DNA of 64,000 nucleotides from Corallococcus caeni (GTDB lineage Bacteria; Myxococcota; Myxococcia; Myxococcales; Myxococcaceae): NCBI RefSeq assembly GCF_036245885.1, contig NZ_BTTX01000008.1; one strand, 5' to 3'. Shown piece by piece: positions 55,575 to 64,000 of this stretch (position 1 is its first letter; each line of letters starts with the position of its first letter). The notes under the pieces were generated by a model. It saw only the letters and a program-made list of their open reading frames with translations, ran no database searches and was not told where the DNA came from. The position numbers and the translations under genes were made by a program.

Positions 55575-55618
55575 GCGGGAGGGCGCCTACGGGGGTGGGC
55601 GCTCTCCCGCATTTTTTT
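55575..55618 (+). terminator. Strong rho-independent terminator (12-bp stem with one G-U pair, then T8)
   Basis: cgggagggcgcc-tacgggggtg-ggcgctctcccg-cattttttttgg. Lies ~280 nt downstream of the nearest +-strand CDS and just before the 3' end of minus-strand polA. Confidence 0.7.
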
Positions 55619-55624
55619 TGGGGC

Positions 55625-58330
55625 TCAGTGCGCGTCCGCCCAGCTCTTGCCCGCGCCCACGTCCACCTTGAGCGGCACCTTCAGCTCGGCGACGGAGGCC
55701 ATGGCCTTCACGGCCAGGGCCTTCACCGCGTCCACCTCCGCGTCCGGCGCCTCGAAGAGCAGTTCGTCGTGCACCTGCAGGAGCACGCGCGTCTTCAGCT
55801 TCTGCGCGCGCAGCGCCACGTCCACGGACAGCATGGCCTTCTTCATCAGGTCCGCGGCGGTGCCCTGGATGGGCATGTTGATGGCGGCGCGCTCCGCGGC
55901 CTGGGCCACGCCCCGGTTCTTGGAGAGCAGGTCCCCCATCAGGCGGCGGCGGCCGTAGAGCGTCTCCACGTAGCCCACCTTGCGCGCCTTCTCCACGGTG
56001 TCCTCCAGGTACTGGCGGATGCCCGCGTACCGGGTGAAGTACCGCTCGATGACGTCGCGCGCGTTCTCCTGTGAAATCCCCAGGCGCGTGGACAGGCCGT
56101 GCGCGGACAGGCCGTACGCGATGCCGAAGTTCACCGTCTTCGCCACGCGGCGCTGCTCGCGGTCCACGTCCTTGGGGTCCACGCCGAAGATTTCGGCCGC
56201 CGTGCGGCTGTGGATGTCCTCGTCGTTGCGGAAGGCCTCGATGAGCACCGGGTCCTCCGCGATGTGCGCCAAAAGCCGCAGCTCCACCTGCGAGTAGTCC
56301 GCGCTCACCAGCTGGTGCCCGGCCTCCGCCACGAAGGCGCGCCGGATTTCACGCCCCAGCTCGGAGCGGATGGGGATGTTCTGGAGGTTCGGGTCGGACG
56401 AGGACAGCCGGCCGGTGGCGGTGGCCGCCTGGTGGTACGTCGTATGGATGCGCCCGTCCTTCGCCACCAGCGTGGGCAGCGTGTCCAGGTAGGTGCTCTT
56501 GAGCTTGGACAGGCCCCGGTACTCGATGAGCGCCCGCGCGAGCACGCTGCCGTGCTCCTCCGCCAGCTTCTCCAGCACCTCCTGATCCGTGGACGGGCCC
56601 GTCTTGCCGCGCTTGAGGATGGGCAGCTTCTGCTCCTCGTAGAGCACCTGCGCCAGCTGCGGGTTGGAGCCCAGGTTGAAGACGTGGCCCGCGGCCTGGT
56701 GGCACTCGGCCTCCTTCGCCTTCACCTCCACGTCCACGCGCTCGGAGGTGCGCGCCAGCTCCGCCACGTCCAGCTTCACGCCCTCGCGCTCCATGCGCGC
56801 GAGCACGGGCAGCAGCGGCAGCTCCAGCGTGCGCGCCAGCTCCGCCAGCCCGCCCAGCTCCAGCTCCTTCCACAGCTCCGGGGCCAGCCTCCGCGCCGCG
56901 TCCGCGCGCACCGCGTACGCCGCGGCCACCTCCTCCGGCCCGTGGTCCGCCAGCGCCCGCCCCTTCTTGCCCCCCACCGACGCGGGCAGCGCGGGCAATT
57001 CCGAGCGCAGCCGCTCGCGCGCCAGGTCCTCCAGCGCGTGCTCCCGGCGCGAAGGGTTGAGCAGGTAGCTGAGCAGCTCCACGTCGTCGTGCGCGCCCTC
57101 CAGCGCCAGCCCCTCGTTGGCCAGCACCAGCGTGAGCGCCTTGAGGTCGTGGCCGCCCTTCTTCACCGCCGCGTCCGCGAGCACGTCCTTCATCACCGCG
57201 GTGAAGGCCGCCGCCGGCACCTGCGTCGCGCCCAGCTGCTGGTGTCGCAGGGGCACGTAGAGCGTATTTCCGTCCGGCAGCGCCACGCCCAGGCCCACCA
57301 GCGGCGCCGCGAAGGGCATGCCCTCGAAGGCGGGCACCAGCGTGAGCGCCCCGCCGGCCTTGGCCGCGTCCGCCAGCGCCTTCAGCTCCTCCTCGGTGGT
57401 GACCAGCGTGGTGGTGACGGCGAGCGGCGCCACGTCCGGGCGGGCCGCGGGCTCCTCCGCCGGCAGGTCGCGCAGGAGCGCGAAGAACTCCAGCTCCGTG
57501 AACAAGTCCCGCGCGCGCGTGGAGTCCGGAGGGCGGCGGGCCAGGTCGTCCAGCTTCACGCCCAGGGGCAGCGCGGTGTTGAAGGTCACGAGCTGCTTGG
57601 CGCGCACCAGGCTGTCGCGGTGGGACTCCAGCGCCGCGCGGATCTTCGGCTTCTTCACCTCCTCCACGCGAGAGAGCAGCGTCTCCACGTCGCCGAACTG
57701 GTGGAGCAGCTCCACCGCCGTCTTGTCGCCCACGCCCGGCACCTTGGCGACGTTGTCCACCGCGTCGCCCACCAGGGCCAGGAAGTCGCGCACCTGCTTC
57801 GGCAGGATGCCCATCTTCTCCTGCACGTCCACGACGCCGATGCGCTTGTTCTTCGCGGGGTCGAAGAGGGTGATGTCCTCGTCGACGATCTGCATGAAGT
57901 CCTTGTCGCTGGTGATGACCAGGACCTGGAACCCTTCGGCCTTCGCCTGGAGCGCCAGCGTGCCGATGACGTCGTCCGCCTCCCAGCCCTCCGCGTCCAG
58001 CGAGGGCAGGTTCAGCACGTCCCCCACCTTGCGGATGAGCGGGAACTGGGGCGTCAGGTCCTCCGGCGGCGCCTTGCGGTTCGCCTTGTACGTGGGGTCG
58101 ATCTTCTGACGCTCCACGCGGCCCGACTTGTCGAACGCCAGCGCCACGTGCGTGGGCTTCAGCTCCTGCAGGGCCTTGAGCACCATGCGGGTGAAGCCCA
58201 GCACCGCGTTGGTGGGCACCCCCTTGCTCGTCGTGAGCGGGGGGATGGCGTGGTAGGCGCGGAAGATGAAGCCAGAGGCGTCGAAGAGCGCCAGGCGGCG
58301 CTCGGAGCGCGGGGGGCTGGTGTCGGCCAT
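55625..58330 (-). CDS. polA: DNA polymerase I
   Basis: 5'-3' exonuclease N-terminus (FDASGFIFRAYHAIPPLTTSKGVPTNA), 3'-5' exonuclease-like region and polymerase motifs (DYSQVELRLLAH; QVHDELLFE). Confidence 0.9.
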   Translation of the reverse strand: MADTSPPRSERRLALFDASGFIFRAYHAIPPLTTSKGVPTNAVLGFTRMVLKALQELKPTHVALAFDKSGRVERQKIDPTYKANRKAPPEDLTPQFPLIRKVGDVLNLPSLDAEGWEADDVIGTLALQAKAEGFQVLVITSDKDFMQIVDEDITLFDPAKNKRIGVVDVQEKMGILPKQVRDFLALVGDAVDNVAKVPGVGDKTAVELLHQFGDVETLLSRVEEVKKPKIRAALESHRDSLVRAKQLVTFNTALPLGVKLDDLARRPPDSTRARDLFTELEFFALLRDLPAEEPAARPDVAPLAVTTTLVTTEEELKALADAAKAGGALTLVPAFEGMPFAAPLVGLGVALPDGNTLYVPLRHQQLGATQVPAAAFTAVMKDVLADAAVKKGGHDLKALTLVLANEGLALEGAHDDVELLSYLLNPSRREHALEDLARERLRSELPALPASVGGKKGRALADHGPEEVAAAYAVRADAARRLAPELWKELELGGLAELARTLELPLLPVLARMEREGVKLDVAELARTSERVDVEVKAKEAECHQAAGHVFNLGSNPQLAQVLYEEQKLPILKRGKTGPSTDQEVLEKLAEEHGSVLARALIEYRGLSKLKSTYLDTLPTLVAKDGRIHTTYHQAATATGRLSSSDPNLQNIPIRSELGREIRRAFVAEAGHQLVSADYSQVELRLLAHIAEDPVLIEAFRNDEDIHSRTAAEIFGVDPKDVDREQRRVAKTVNFGIAYGLSAHGLSTRLGISQENARDVIERYFTRYAGIRQYLEDTVEKARKVGYVETLYGRRRLMGDLLSKNRGVAQAAERAAINMPIQGTAADLMKKAMLSVDVALRAQKLKTRVLLQVHDELLFEAPDAEVDAVKALAVKAMASVAELKVPLKVDVGAGKSWADAH

Positions 58331-58389
58331 CCCCCGTCCCTAGCGCGCCTCCCGCTCCCTGTCCACGAAGCCCCGCACCCGAACGCCGC

Positions 58390-60597
58390 TCAGCGGCACT
58401 TCAGCTCGGCCTTCTTCGCGGCCACCTGCTCCGCGATGCCGTCACCCGGCACGGCATAGTCCTCCACCATCGCCAGGTCCGAACAGCTGCCCACGCCGGA
58501 CAGCGCGTTCTGCGCCTGCGTGGAGCAGAAGGCCACCACGCGGTTGAGGTCCGTGTTGCCCTTGTAGAAGTCGAAGCCCAGCTTCCAGATGCGGCAGCCG
58601 CGGCGGCGGTCCTCGCGGTCGGCGAAGTGCTTGCCGCGCAGGTACGACGCGGCCGCCATGTCCTGGAAGATGTTCTTCCGGTAGAAGGACACGTGAGACT
58701 CCGCGAGCTCCGCCATGATGCGCTTGTCCGTCGCCAGCGCCTCCTTGAACGGGGCCACCGCGCGCTCGGGGTCCTCGTTGGTGAGCGCGCTCTCGCCCGT
58801 CTTGAAGAGCTGATCCACGTTGGACACGTCGCGGATGAGCTCGTCCGCCAGCGAGTGGAACTCCGCCTGGTCCACCTTCGCGCGCAGCTTCTGCAGCGTC
58901 GCCACGGACTCGCTGCCGCGGCCGGTCCAGTAGTCCATCATCGCCGCCTGGACGAGCTTCGGGGCGTAGCGCTTGGTGAACATGGCGCGCACCTCGCTGG
59001 CCTGATCCGGGCCCAGCTCATCCGACGCCAGGATGTCGGACACCGGGCACGTCCACGGCGCGGCGTTGCGGTCCACCCGCGTGCGGGCGACGAGGAACTT
59101 CACGAACATGGCGTCCTTGGGGCGCCAGTCGTTCTTGCGCAGGCCGCCCTCCAGGCGGAGCGTCTGACCGATGGGCGGCTCCAGGTCCTCCTTGCTCTGC
59201 TTCTGGCACCACACCTCCATGTACTCCTGGCAGCGCGGCACCGCGGGCCCCCACTGCGAGTTGTTCAGGTAGCGCTTGCAGTCGTCCTTCGCGCGCTCCA
59301 CGAACTGCTCGGCCGTCTCCCGCGCCTTGGAGCGGGCGCGGCGGAAGTACTCGCTCTCCTTCGGAATCTTGCGCAGCAGCGTCAGCGCTTCCTTCTCGCG
59401 GTTGAGCTCGATGGCCTTCTTCGCGGCCTCGAAGTTGCCGAAGGCCTCCTTCTCCAGCTTGATGCGCCGCACGAGGGTGTTCGCCTCGGCGTTGATGGGG
59501 TCCATGTCCAGCGCCTGCTCGCACGTGGCCTCGGCGCGGTCCCAGTTGGGGGCGCCCATCTCGTTGGAGGCGTAGGAGCGGCACTCGCTGAGCAGCTCCT
59601 GCACCTGCTGCGCGGGATCCAACGGCGCGGCCGGGCCGGCCTTCGGGGCCTTCTGCGGAGCCCCGACGGAGGACTTCACCACCGCCGCCACCGCCAGCAG
59701 GGCCACCACGCCGCCCGCGACCACCAGCAGCTTGCGCTTGTTGTCCGCAGCGGGCTCCGCGCGGCTGCCACGGCGGGGCGGCACCGCGCCCGTCCCCGGA
59801 CGCCGCGCGGGCGTGTCGGAGGCCTCGTAGGTCATCTCCACCACGCCGAACTGGAGGACGTCCCCGGGCTGCAGGTCGACGAACTCCTCGCCCAGCAGCT
59901 CGCCGTTGAGCAGGGTGCCGTTGGCGCTGCCCAGGTCGCGCGCGCGCACGGCGGTGCCCTCACGCCGCACCTCCGCGTGCTTGCGGCTCACGGAGTCGTC
60001 ATCCAGGATGACCGCCGCCGGAGGCGCCCGGCCCACCAGCAGCGTGCCGCTGATGGGGAACGACTTGCCCGCCCACGGCCCCGTCATGCCCTTGAGCACC
60101 GGACCCGCGCCAGCGCCCGCCGCCGCGCCACCCGCGGGCTGGGGCCGTGAGGGCCGCCTGGCCAGCGCGCCCTCGGGCTTCGCGGCGCCATTCTGCGTGG
60201 CCTTCGCGCGGATGCTGGGCATGGCGCGCGTGCCCTTCACGGGCGCGTCCGCGAGCGTCGCGGGATCGCCGGCAGGCGGCGTCGCCGCGCGGCGGCCGCT
60301 GCTGCTCCGGGCGCTCCCCTTGAGCTTCAGCTCGTAGTCGCCCAGCAGCACCTGCGAGCCCGGCGTCAGCGCCGTGGGCCCCTCGATGCGCTCACCGTCC
60401 ACGAAGGTGCCGTTCTGGCTGCCTCCGTCCTCGATGTAGACGGCGCCGCCCTCCACGTAGACGCGCGCGTGCTGCCGCGACACGCCGCCTTCCGTGAGGA
60501 CGAGGTCGTTGCCCTGCTGGCGGCCAATCTTCAGCTCGCCAGCGATTTCGTGCTCGTGCTCAGTGCCGTCAGGGTGACGGACGACCAGGGTTGCCAT
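58390..60597 (-). CDS. Protein with two FHA domains, a TM segment and a C-terminal TPR-like periplasmic domain (Tad/Kil-associated, KilD-like?)
   Basis: FHA motifs (LKIGRQQGNDLVL..VSRQHARVYVE...NGTFVDGERI; SVSRKHAEVRREGTAVRARDLGSANGTLLNG), a hydrophobic segment (LLVVAGGVVALLAVAAVV) and a helical repeat C-domain. Confidence 0.75.
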   Translation of the reverse strand: MATLVVRHPDGTEHEHEIAGELKIGRQQGNDLVLTEGGVSRQHARVYVEGGAVYIEDGGSQNGTFVDGERIEGPTALTPGSQVLLGDYELKLKGSARSSSGRRAATPPAGDPATLADAPVKGTRAMPSIRAKATQNGAAKPEGALARRPSRPQPAGGAAAGAGAGPVLKGMTGPWAGKSFPISGTLLVGRAPPAAVILDDDSVSRKHAEVRREGTAVRARDLGSANGTLLNGELLGEEFVDLQPGDVLQFGVVEMTYEASDTPARRPGTGAVPPRRGSRAEPAADNKRKLLVVAGGVVALLAVAAVVKSSVGAPQKAPKAGPAAPLDPAQQVQELLSECRSYASNEMGAPNWDRAEATCEQALDMDPINAEANTLVRRIKLEKEAFGNFEAAKKAIELNREKEALTLLRKIPKESEYFRRARSKARETAEQFVERAKDDCKRYLNNSQWGPAVPRCQEYMEVWCQKQSKEDLEPPIGQTLRLEGGLRKNDWRPKDAMFVKFLVARTRVDRNAAPWTCPVSDILASDELGPDQASEVRAMFTKRYAPKLVQAAMMDYWTGRGSESVATLQKLRAKVDQAEFHSLADELIRDVSNVDQLFKTGESALTNEDPERAVAPFKEALATDKRIMAELAESHVSFYRKNIFQDMAAASYLRGKHFADREDRRRGCRIWKLGFDFYKGNTDLNRVVAFCSTQAQNALSGVGSCSDLAMVEDYAVPGDGIAEQVAAKKAELKCR

Positions 60598-60604
60598 GGG
60601 CGCG

Positions 60605-62359
60605 TCAGTCCTCGCGGAAGATGCTCATGTTCACGGGGATGCCCTTGCGCTGGAGCTCGTCGTAGAACTTCGGGACGAAGCCCGAAGCCACGTACCGCCC
60701 GCGCACCTTGTGGTCCTCGGTGAAGCCATCCTGCTTGTAATAGAAGATGTCCTGCAGGGTCACGATGTCGACCTCCATGCCGGACACCTCCGTGATGAAG
60801 CAGATCTTGCGGGAGCCGTCGGAGAAGCGCGTCTGCTGCACGATGAGGTGCACCGCGCTGGCGATCTGCTCGCGGATGGCCTTCACCGGCAGCTCCATGC
60901 CGGACATGAGCACCATCGTCTCCAGCCGCGCGATGGCGTCACGCGGCGTGTTCGCGTGCAGCGTGGTGAGCGAACCGTCGTGGCCGGTGTTCATGGCCTG
61001 GAGCATGTCCAGCGTCTCGCCGGAGCGGCACTCGCCCACGACGATGCGGTCCGGCCGCATGCGCAGGCAGTTCTTCACCAGCTCGCGGATGGTGATGGCG
61101 CCCTTGCCTTCCAGGTTGGGCGGGCGGCTCTCCAGCTGCACCCAGTGGTCCTGCGGCAGCTGAAGCTCCGCCGCGTCCTCCACCGTGATGATGCGCTCCC
61201 CCTCCGGGATGAAGGAGCTGATGATGTTCAGCGTCGTCGTCTTCCCGGAGCCCGTGCCGCCGGAGATGACGATGTTGCGGCGCGCGGTGACGCACATCTC
61301 CAGGAACTCGGCCATCTGCGCGGTGACGGTCTTGTACTTGATGAGGTCCTGGATCTTCAGCGCGTCCTTCTTGAACTTGCGGATGGTGATGCAGGGGCCC
61401 TTGAGCGCCAGCGGCGGGATGATGGCGTTCACGCGGCTGCCGTCCTTGAGGCGCGCGTCCACCAGCGGGCTGGACTCGTCGATGCGCCGGCCGATGGGCG
61501 CCACGATGCGCTCGATGACGCCGAGCACCGCCTGGTTGGAGGAGAACGTCTTCTCCGACAGGGTCAGCTTGCCCTTGCGCTCGATGTAGATCTGGTTGGC
61601 GTGGTTCACCATGATCTCGCTGATCTCTTCCGACGCGAGGAACGCCTCCAGGGGCCCCAGGCCCAGCGCCTCGTTGATGACGTCGGTGAGCAGCTCCTCC
61701 CGGTCCACGTCCGTCGGAAGCTCTCCGTCCGCCTCCATCTGGTCGATGATGTCCCGGATGGCCTTCTCGGTGCGGCGCCAGAGCTCCTCGTCCCCGAGCC
61801 GGTCCATGTCCATGCGGCGCAGGTCCAGGTACTCGATGAGCCGGTCGTGGATCTCCTTCTGGAGCCGCGAGTAGCGCTCCAGCCGGGGGTCCACCTTGCG
61901 CTTGTTCTTCGCCATGGCCGCGGCCATGGACGCGGGCATGCGGCTGGGAGGGGCGGCGGCGGGCGCGGGCGCCTCCTCCTCGTAGGGCTCCTCCTCCTCG
62001 TAGGCCTCTTCCTCCTCGTAGGCCTCCTCGCCCTGCTCCTCGTCGTAGCCCTCGTCCTGGGGCGCGTCCTCCAGCGCCTCCACGTTGAGGATGTAGTCGC
62101 CGATGGAGACCTGGTCGGTGGGCTTGAGCACCATGGGACCGGCGATCTTCTTGCCGTTCACGAAGGTGCCGTTCGTGGACTTCATGTCCACGATGATGAA
62201 GCGCCCGTCCTTTTCGACGATGCGGGAGTGGGTCTTGGAGACGTTCCCCTTGGCGAGCACGATGTCGTTGCCGGCAATCCGGCCGATCGTGATCTCGTTC
62301 TTGGGGTACTCCCGCTGCTCCGAACCGCCGCCCTTCTCCGTCAGCGTGACTAGAAACAT
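60605..62359 (-). CDS. CpaF/TadA-type secretion ATPase with N-terminal FHA domain (KilF-like)
   Basis: N-terminal FHA (ITIGRIAGNDIVL...VSKTHSRIVEKDGRFIIVDMKSTNGTFVNG), an acidic linker and a CpaF ATPase domain (Walker A GGTGSGKTTT, Walker B IVVGE, TGHDGSLTTLHAN). Confidence 0.8.
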   Translation of the reverse strand: MFLVTLTEKGGGSEQREYPKNEITIGRIAGNDIVLAKGNVSKTHSRIVEKDGRFIIVDMKSTNGTFVNGKKIAGPMVLKPTDQVSIGDYILNVEALEDAPQDEGYDEEQGEEAYEEEEAYEEEEPYEEEAPAPAAAPPSRMPASMAAAMAKNKRKVDPRLERYSRLQKEIHDRLIEYLDLRRMDMDRLGDEELWRRTEKAIRDIIDQMEADGELPTDVDREELLTDVINEALGLGPLEAFLASEEISEIMVNHANQIYIERKGKLTLSEKTFSSNQAVLGVIERIVAPIGRRIDESSPLVDARLKDGSRVNAIIPPLALKGPCITIRKFKKDALKIQDLIKYKTVTAQMAEFLEMCVTARRNIVISGGTGSGKTTTLNIISSFIPEGERIITVEDAAELQLPQDHWVQLESRPPNLEGKGAITIRELVKNCLRMRPDRIVVGECRSGETLDMLQAMNTGHDGSLTTLHANTPRDAIARLETMVLMSGMELPVKAIREQIASAVHLIVQQTRFSDGSRKICFITEVSGMEVDIVTLQDIFYYKQDGFTEDHKVRGRYVASGFVPKFYDELQRKGIPVNMSIFRED

Positions 62360-62507
62360 GGGCCGGGATGCTACCAAGCCCTCCTACGACCTCAAAGACT
62401 CCTGCGACGCTCGCCCGCCTGCTGCCCGGTAAGAGACGGGCCGGCACCCTCCCCCGCTGAAGCAGGGATGGGGCCGGCCCGGATCCGACGTGAGGGCTGT
62501 GAGGGCC

Positions 62508-63956
62508 TCAGTCGAAGATGTTGAAGTTCACCTCGGAGCGGGCCTGCTTGTAGCGGGTCTTCACGTCCTCGATGATGCTGCGGACCTTGTCGGAGTCCGG
62601 GTTCACGATGCGCGGGGTGACGAAGATCACCAGCTCGCGCTTGGTGGAGTCGAACGCGCGGTTCTTGAACAGCTCGCCCACGATGGGGATGTGCCCCAGG
62701 CCCGGCAGCTTCGCGACGGCCTTCTGCTCGTCGTGGCTGAACACGCCCGACAGCACGATGGTCTCACCGTGGCGCACGGTGACGTTCGTCTTCACCTTGC
62801 GGGTGCGGAAGCCGGGGATGGCGGACGAACCACCGAAGGACACGGACACGGAGGTGTCGATTTCAGAGGCCTCCGCCTCCACCTCCGTCTGGATGTTGCC
62901 GTTGCGGTCCGCGGTGGGGCGGATGTTCAGGATGACGCCGTAGGGCTTGTACTCCACCGTGAACTGGGTGTTGGTGATGAGCGGGATGGGGACCTCGCCG
63001 CCGGCGAGGAACTCCGCCTTCTCACCGCTGGCGCACACCAGCTTGGGCTGCGCCAGCAGGCGGCCGTAACCGTCGTTGGCCTGGAACCCGATGCTCAGGT
63101 CGGAGCCGCCCGTCGCGCCCATGATGAGGTTGGACACCGCGTCGCCGGACGGCATGAGGGCCTTGTTCAGGTTCACGGTGGCCGTCAGCGAGCCGGTGAT
63201 GTCGGTGGGGTACTTGATGCCGTAGCGGTCGCGGCTGTTGCGGCGGATTTCGACGAACTGGACCTCGGAGAGGATCATCCGCTTGATGCCGACGACGAGC
63301 AGGTTCTCCACCTTCTCACCGATGGCCTTGGTGATCAGCTCCGCCTTCTGGAGGTCCTGCTGGCTCTCCACGGAGCCCTCCAGGAAGATGGTCGCGCCCA
63401 CCACGTTGGCCTGCACGTTCTTCAGGCCCGCCTTCTGGAAGGCCGCGTTCAGGTTCTGGGCGACCAGCTTCTTGGCGTTGGGGGCGATCTTCACGAACGA
63501 CTTCACGTTCGGGTAGAGGCTCACCACCTGCTCGATGCGGTCCGCGTCCTGCGTGGTGTAGGCCTGACCGTCCAGGTAGATGCGGTCGCCCACCATGCGC
63601 ACGGACACGCCTTCGATTTCACCCAGGAGGCGCTTGATCTCCGAGATGACCTCGTTGGGGTCCTGCTTGCGCACGGTGACGAGGTAGCTGATGCGCTGAC
63701 CGGAGGACTTCCAGACGAGCAGCGTCGTCTTGCCCTCCTGGTTGCCGGTGACGAGCAGCTGGCCGGTGCCGAGCGTCTTCACCTCGGCGATGGACGGGTC
63801 ACCCAGCGCGACGCGGCTGAGGCCGGGGATGGTGAGCACCTTCTGGGTACCCACACCCAGGCTGACGCTGCTGCCCTCCTGGGCGAGGGCGGGGGCACTG
63901 GCCACCAGGGTGACGAGGGCGCCGAGCGCCAGGGCTTGCGTGAAGCGAGTGGACAT
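62508..63956 (-). CDS. Secretin (CpaC/RcpA type, Flp/Tad pilus-like; KilC-like)
   Basis: Signal peptide, BON/secretin-N-like repeats and a C-terminal secretin domain (VVLSGVFSHDEQKAVAKLPGLGHIPIVGELFKNRAFDSTKRELVIFVTPRIV). Confidence 0.8.
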   Translation of the reverse strand: MSTRFTQALALGALVTLVASAPALAQEGSSVSLGVGTQKVLTIPGLSRVALGDPSIAEVKTLGTGQLLVTGNQEGKTTLLVWKSSGQRISYLVTVRKQDPNEVISEIKRLLGEIEGVSVRMVGDRIYLDGQAYTTQDADRIEQVVSLYPNVKSFVKIAPNAKKLVAQNLNAAFQKAGLKNVQANVVGATIFLEGSVESQQDLQKAELITKAIGEKVENLLVVGIKRMILSEVQFVEIRRNSRDRYGIKYPTDITGSLTATVNLNKALMPSGDAVSNLIMGATGGSDLSIGFQANDGYGRLLAQPKLVCASGEKAEFLAGGEVPIPLITNTQFTVEYKPYGVILNIRPTADRNGNIQTEVEAEASEIDTSVSVSFGGSSAIPGFRTRKVKTNVTVRHGETIVLSGVFSHDEQKAVAKLPGLGHIPIVGELFKNRAFDSTKRELVIFVTPRIVNPDSDKVRSIIEDVKTRYKQARSEVNFNIFD

Positions 63957-64000
63957 CGTGTGAATCCCCTTCTTGCGTGCGCGCGCCCGGACGAAACGGC

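Noticed and set aside
56099-58459. 786-aa + strand ORF antisense to polA, and similar + ORFs at 58627-60150 and 60596-62353 antisense to the FHA and ATPase genes
   Set aside because: Antisense artefacts. The minus-strand products carry unambiguous polA, FHA and CpaF motifs.
1-64000. Search for CRISPR arrays, rRNA/tRNA genes, transposases, integrases and phage structural genes
   Set aside because: No direct-repeat/spacer periodicity, no tRNA-like cloverleaf candidates in intergenic gaps, and no recognisable IS or phage proteins among the translated ORFs. The compositional islands (17.2-18.7 kb, 28-29.6 kb, 40.6-43.1 kb) lack mobility genes.

Overview
High-GC (~70%) bacterial chromosome segment; gene content and codon usage point to a myxobacterium (Myxococcus/Corallococcus-like). 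Function calls rest on motif recognition from the supplied translations only; no searches were run. About 58 protein genes are called; no rRNA, tRNA, CRISPR array or obvious transposase was seen. Main blocks: (i) a chemosensory operon (CheA fragment-CheW-MCP-UbiB-like kinase-ABM protein-CheB-CheR) whose MCP has a truncated-hemoglobin N-terminal domain; (ii) a translationally coupled three-gene operon of a Fic protein with a non-canonical active-site motif followed by two paralogous Cys/His-motif proteins of unknown family, the best candidate here for an undescribed system; (iii) a mixed accessory stretch (sHsp, PhzF, ProC, ArsR-P450-ABM, carotenoid cleavage dioxygenase, aminopeptidase N, LysR + extended aromatic amino acid hydroxylase, LysM protein, and several secreted repeat or Cys-rich proteins); (iv) a bacterial major vault protein (MVP) homolog followed by a tiny Cys-rich secreted peptide gene and an RdgC-like ORF pair; (v) PBP4, prolyl oligopeptidase and two tandem secreted beta-helix paralogs sharing a duplicated upstream palindrome; (vi) a macro-like + nucleoside-deoxyribosyltransferase/TIR-like fusion protein divergent from a tandem cNMP-binding protein; (vii) polA followed by a Tad/Kil-like module (FHA-TPR protein, FHA-fused CpaF-type ATPase, CpaC-type secretin). 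Many long ORFs in the six-frame track are antisense or high-GC artefacts and were rejected.
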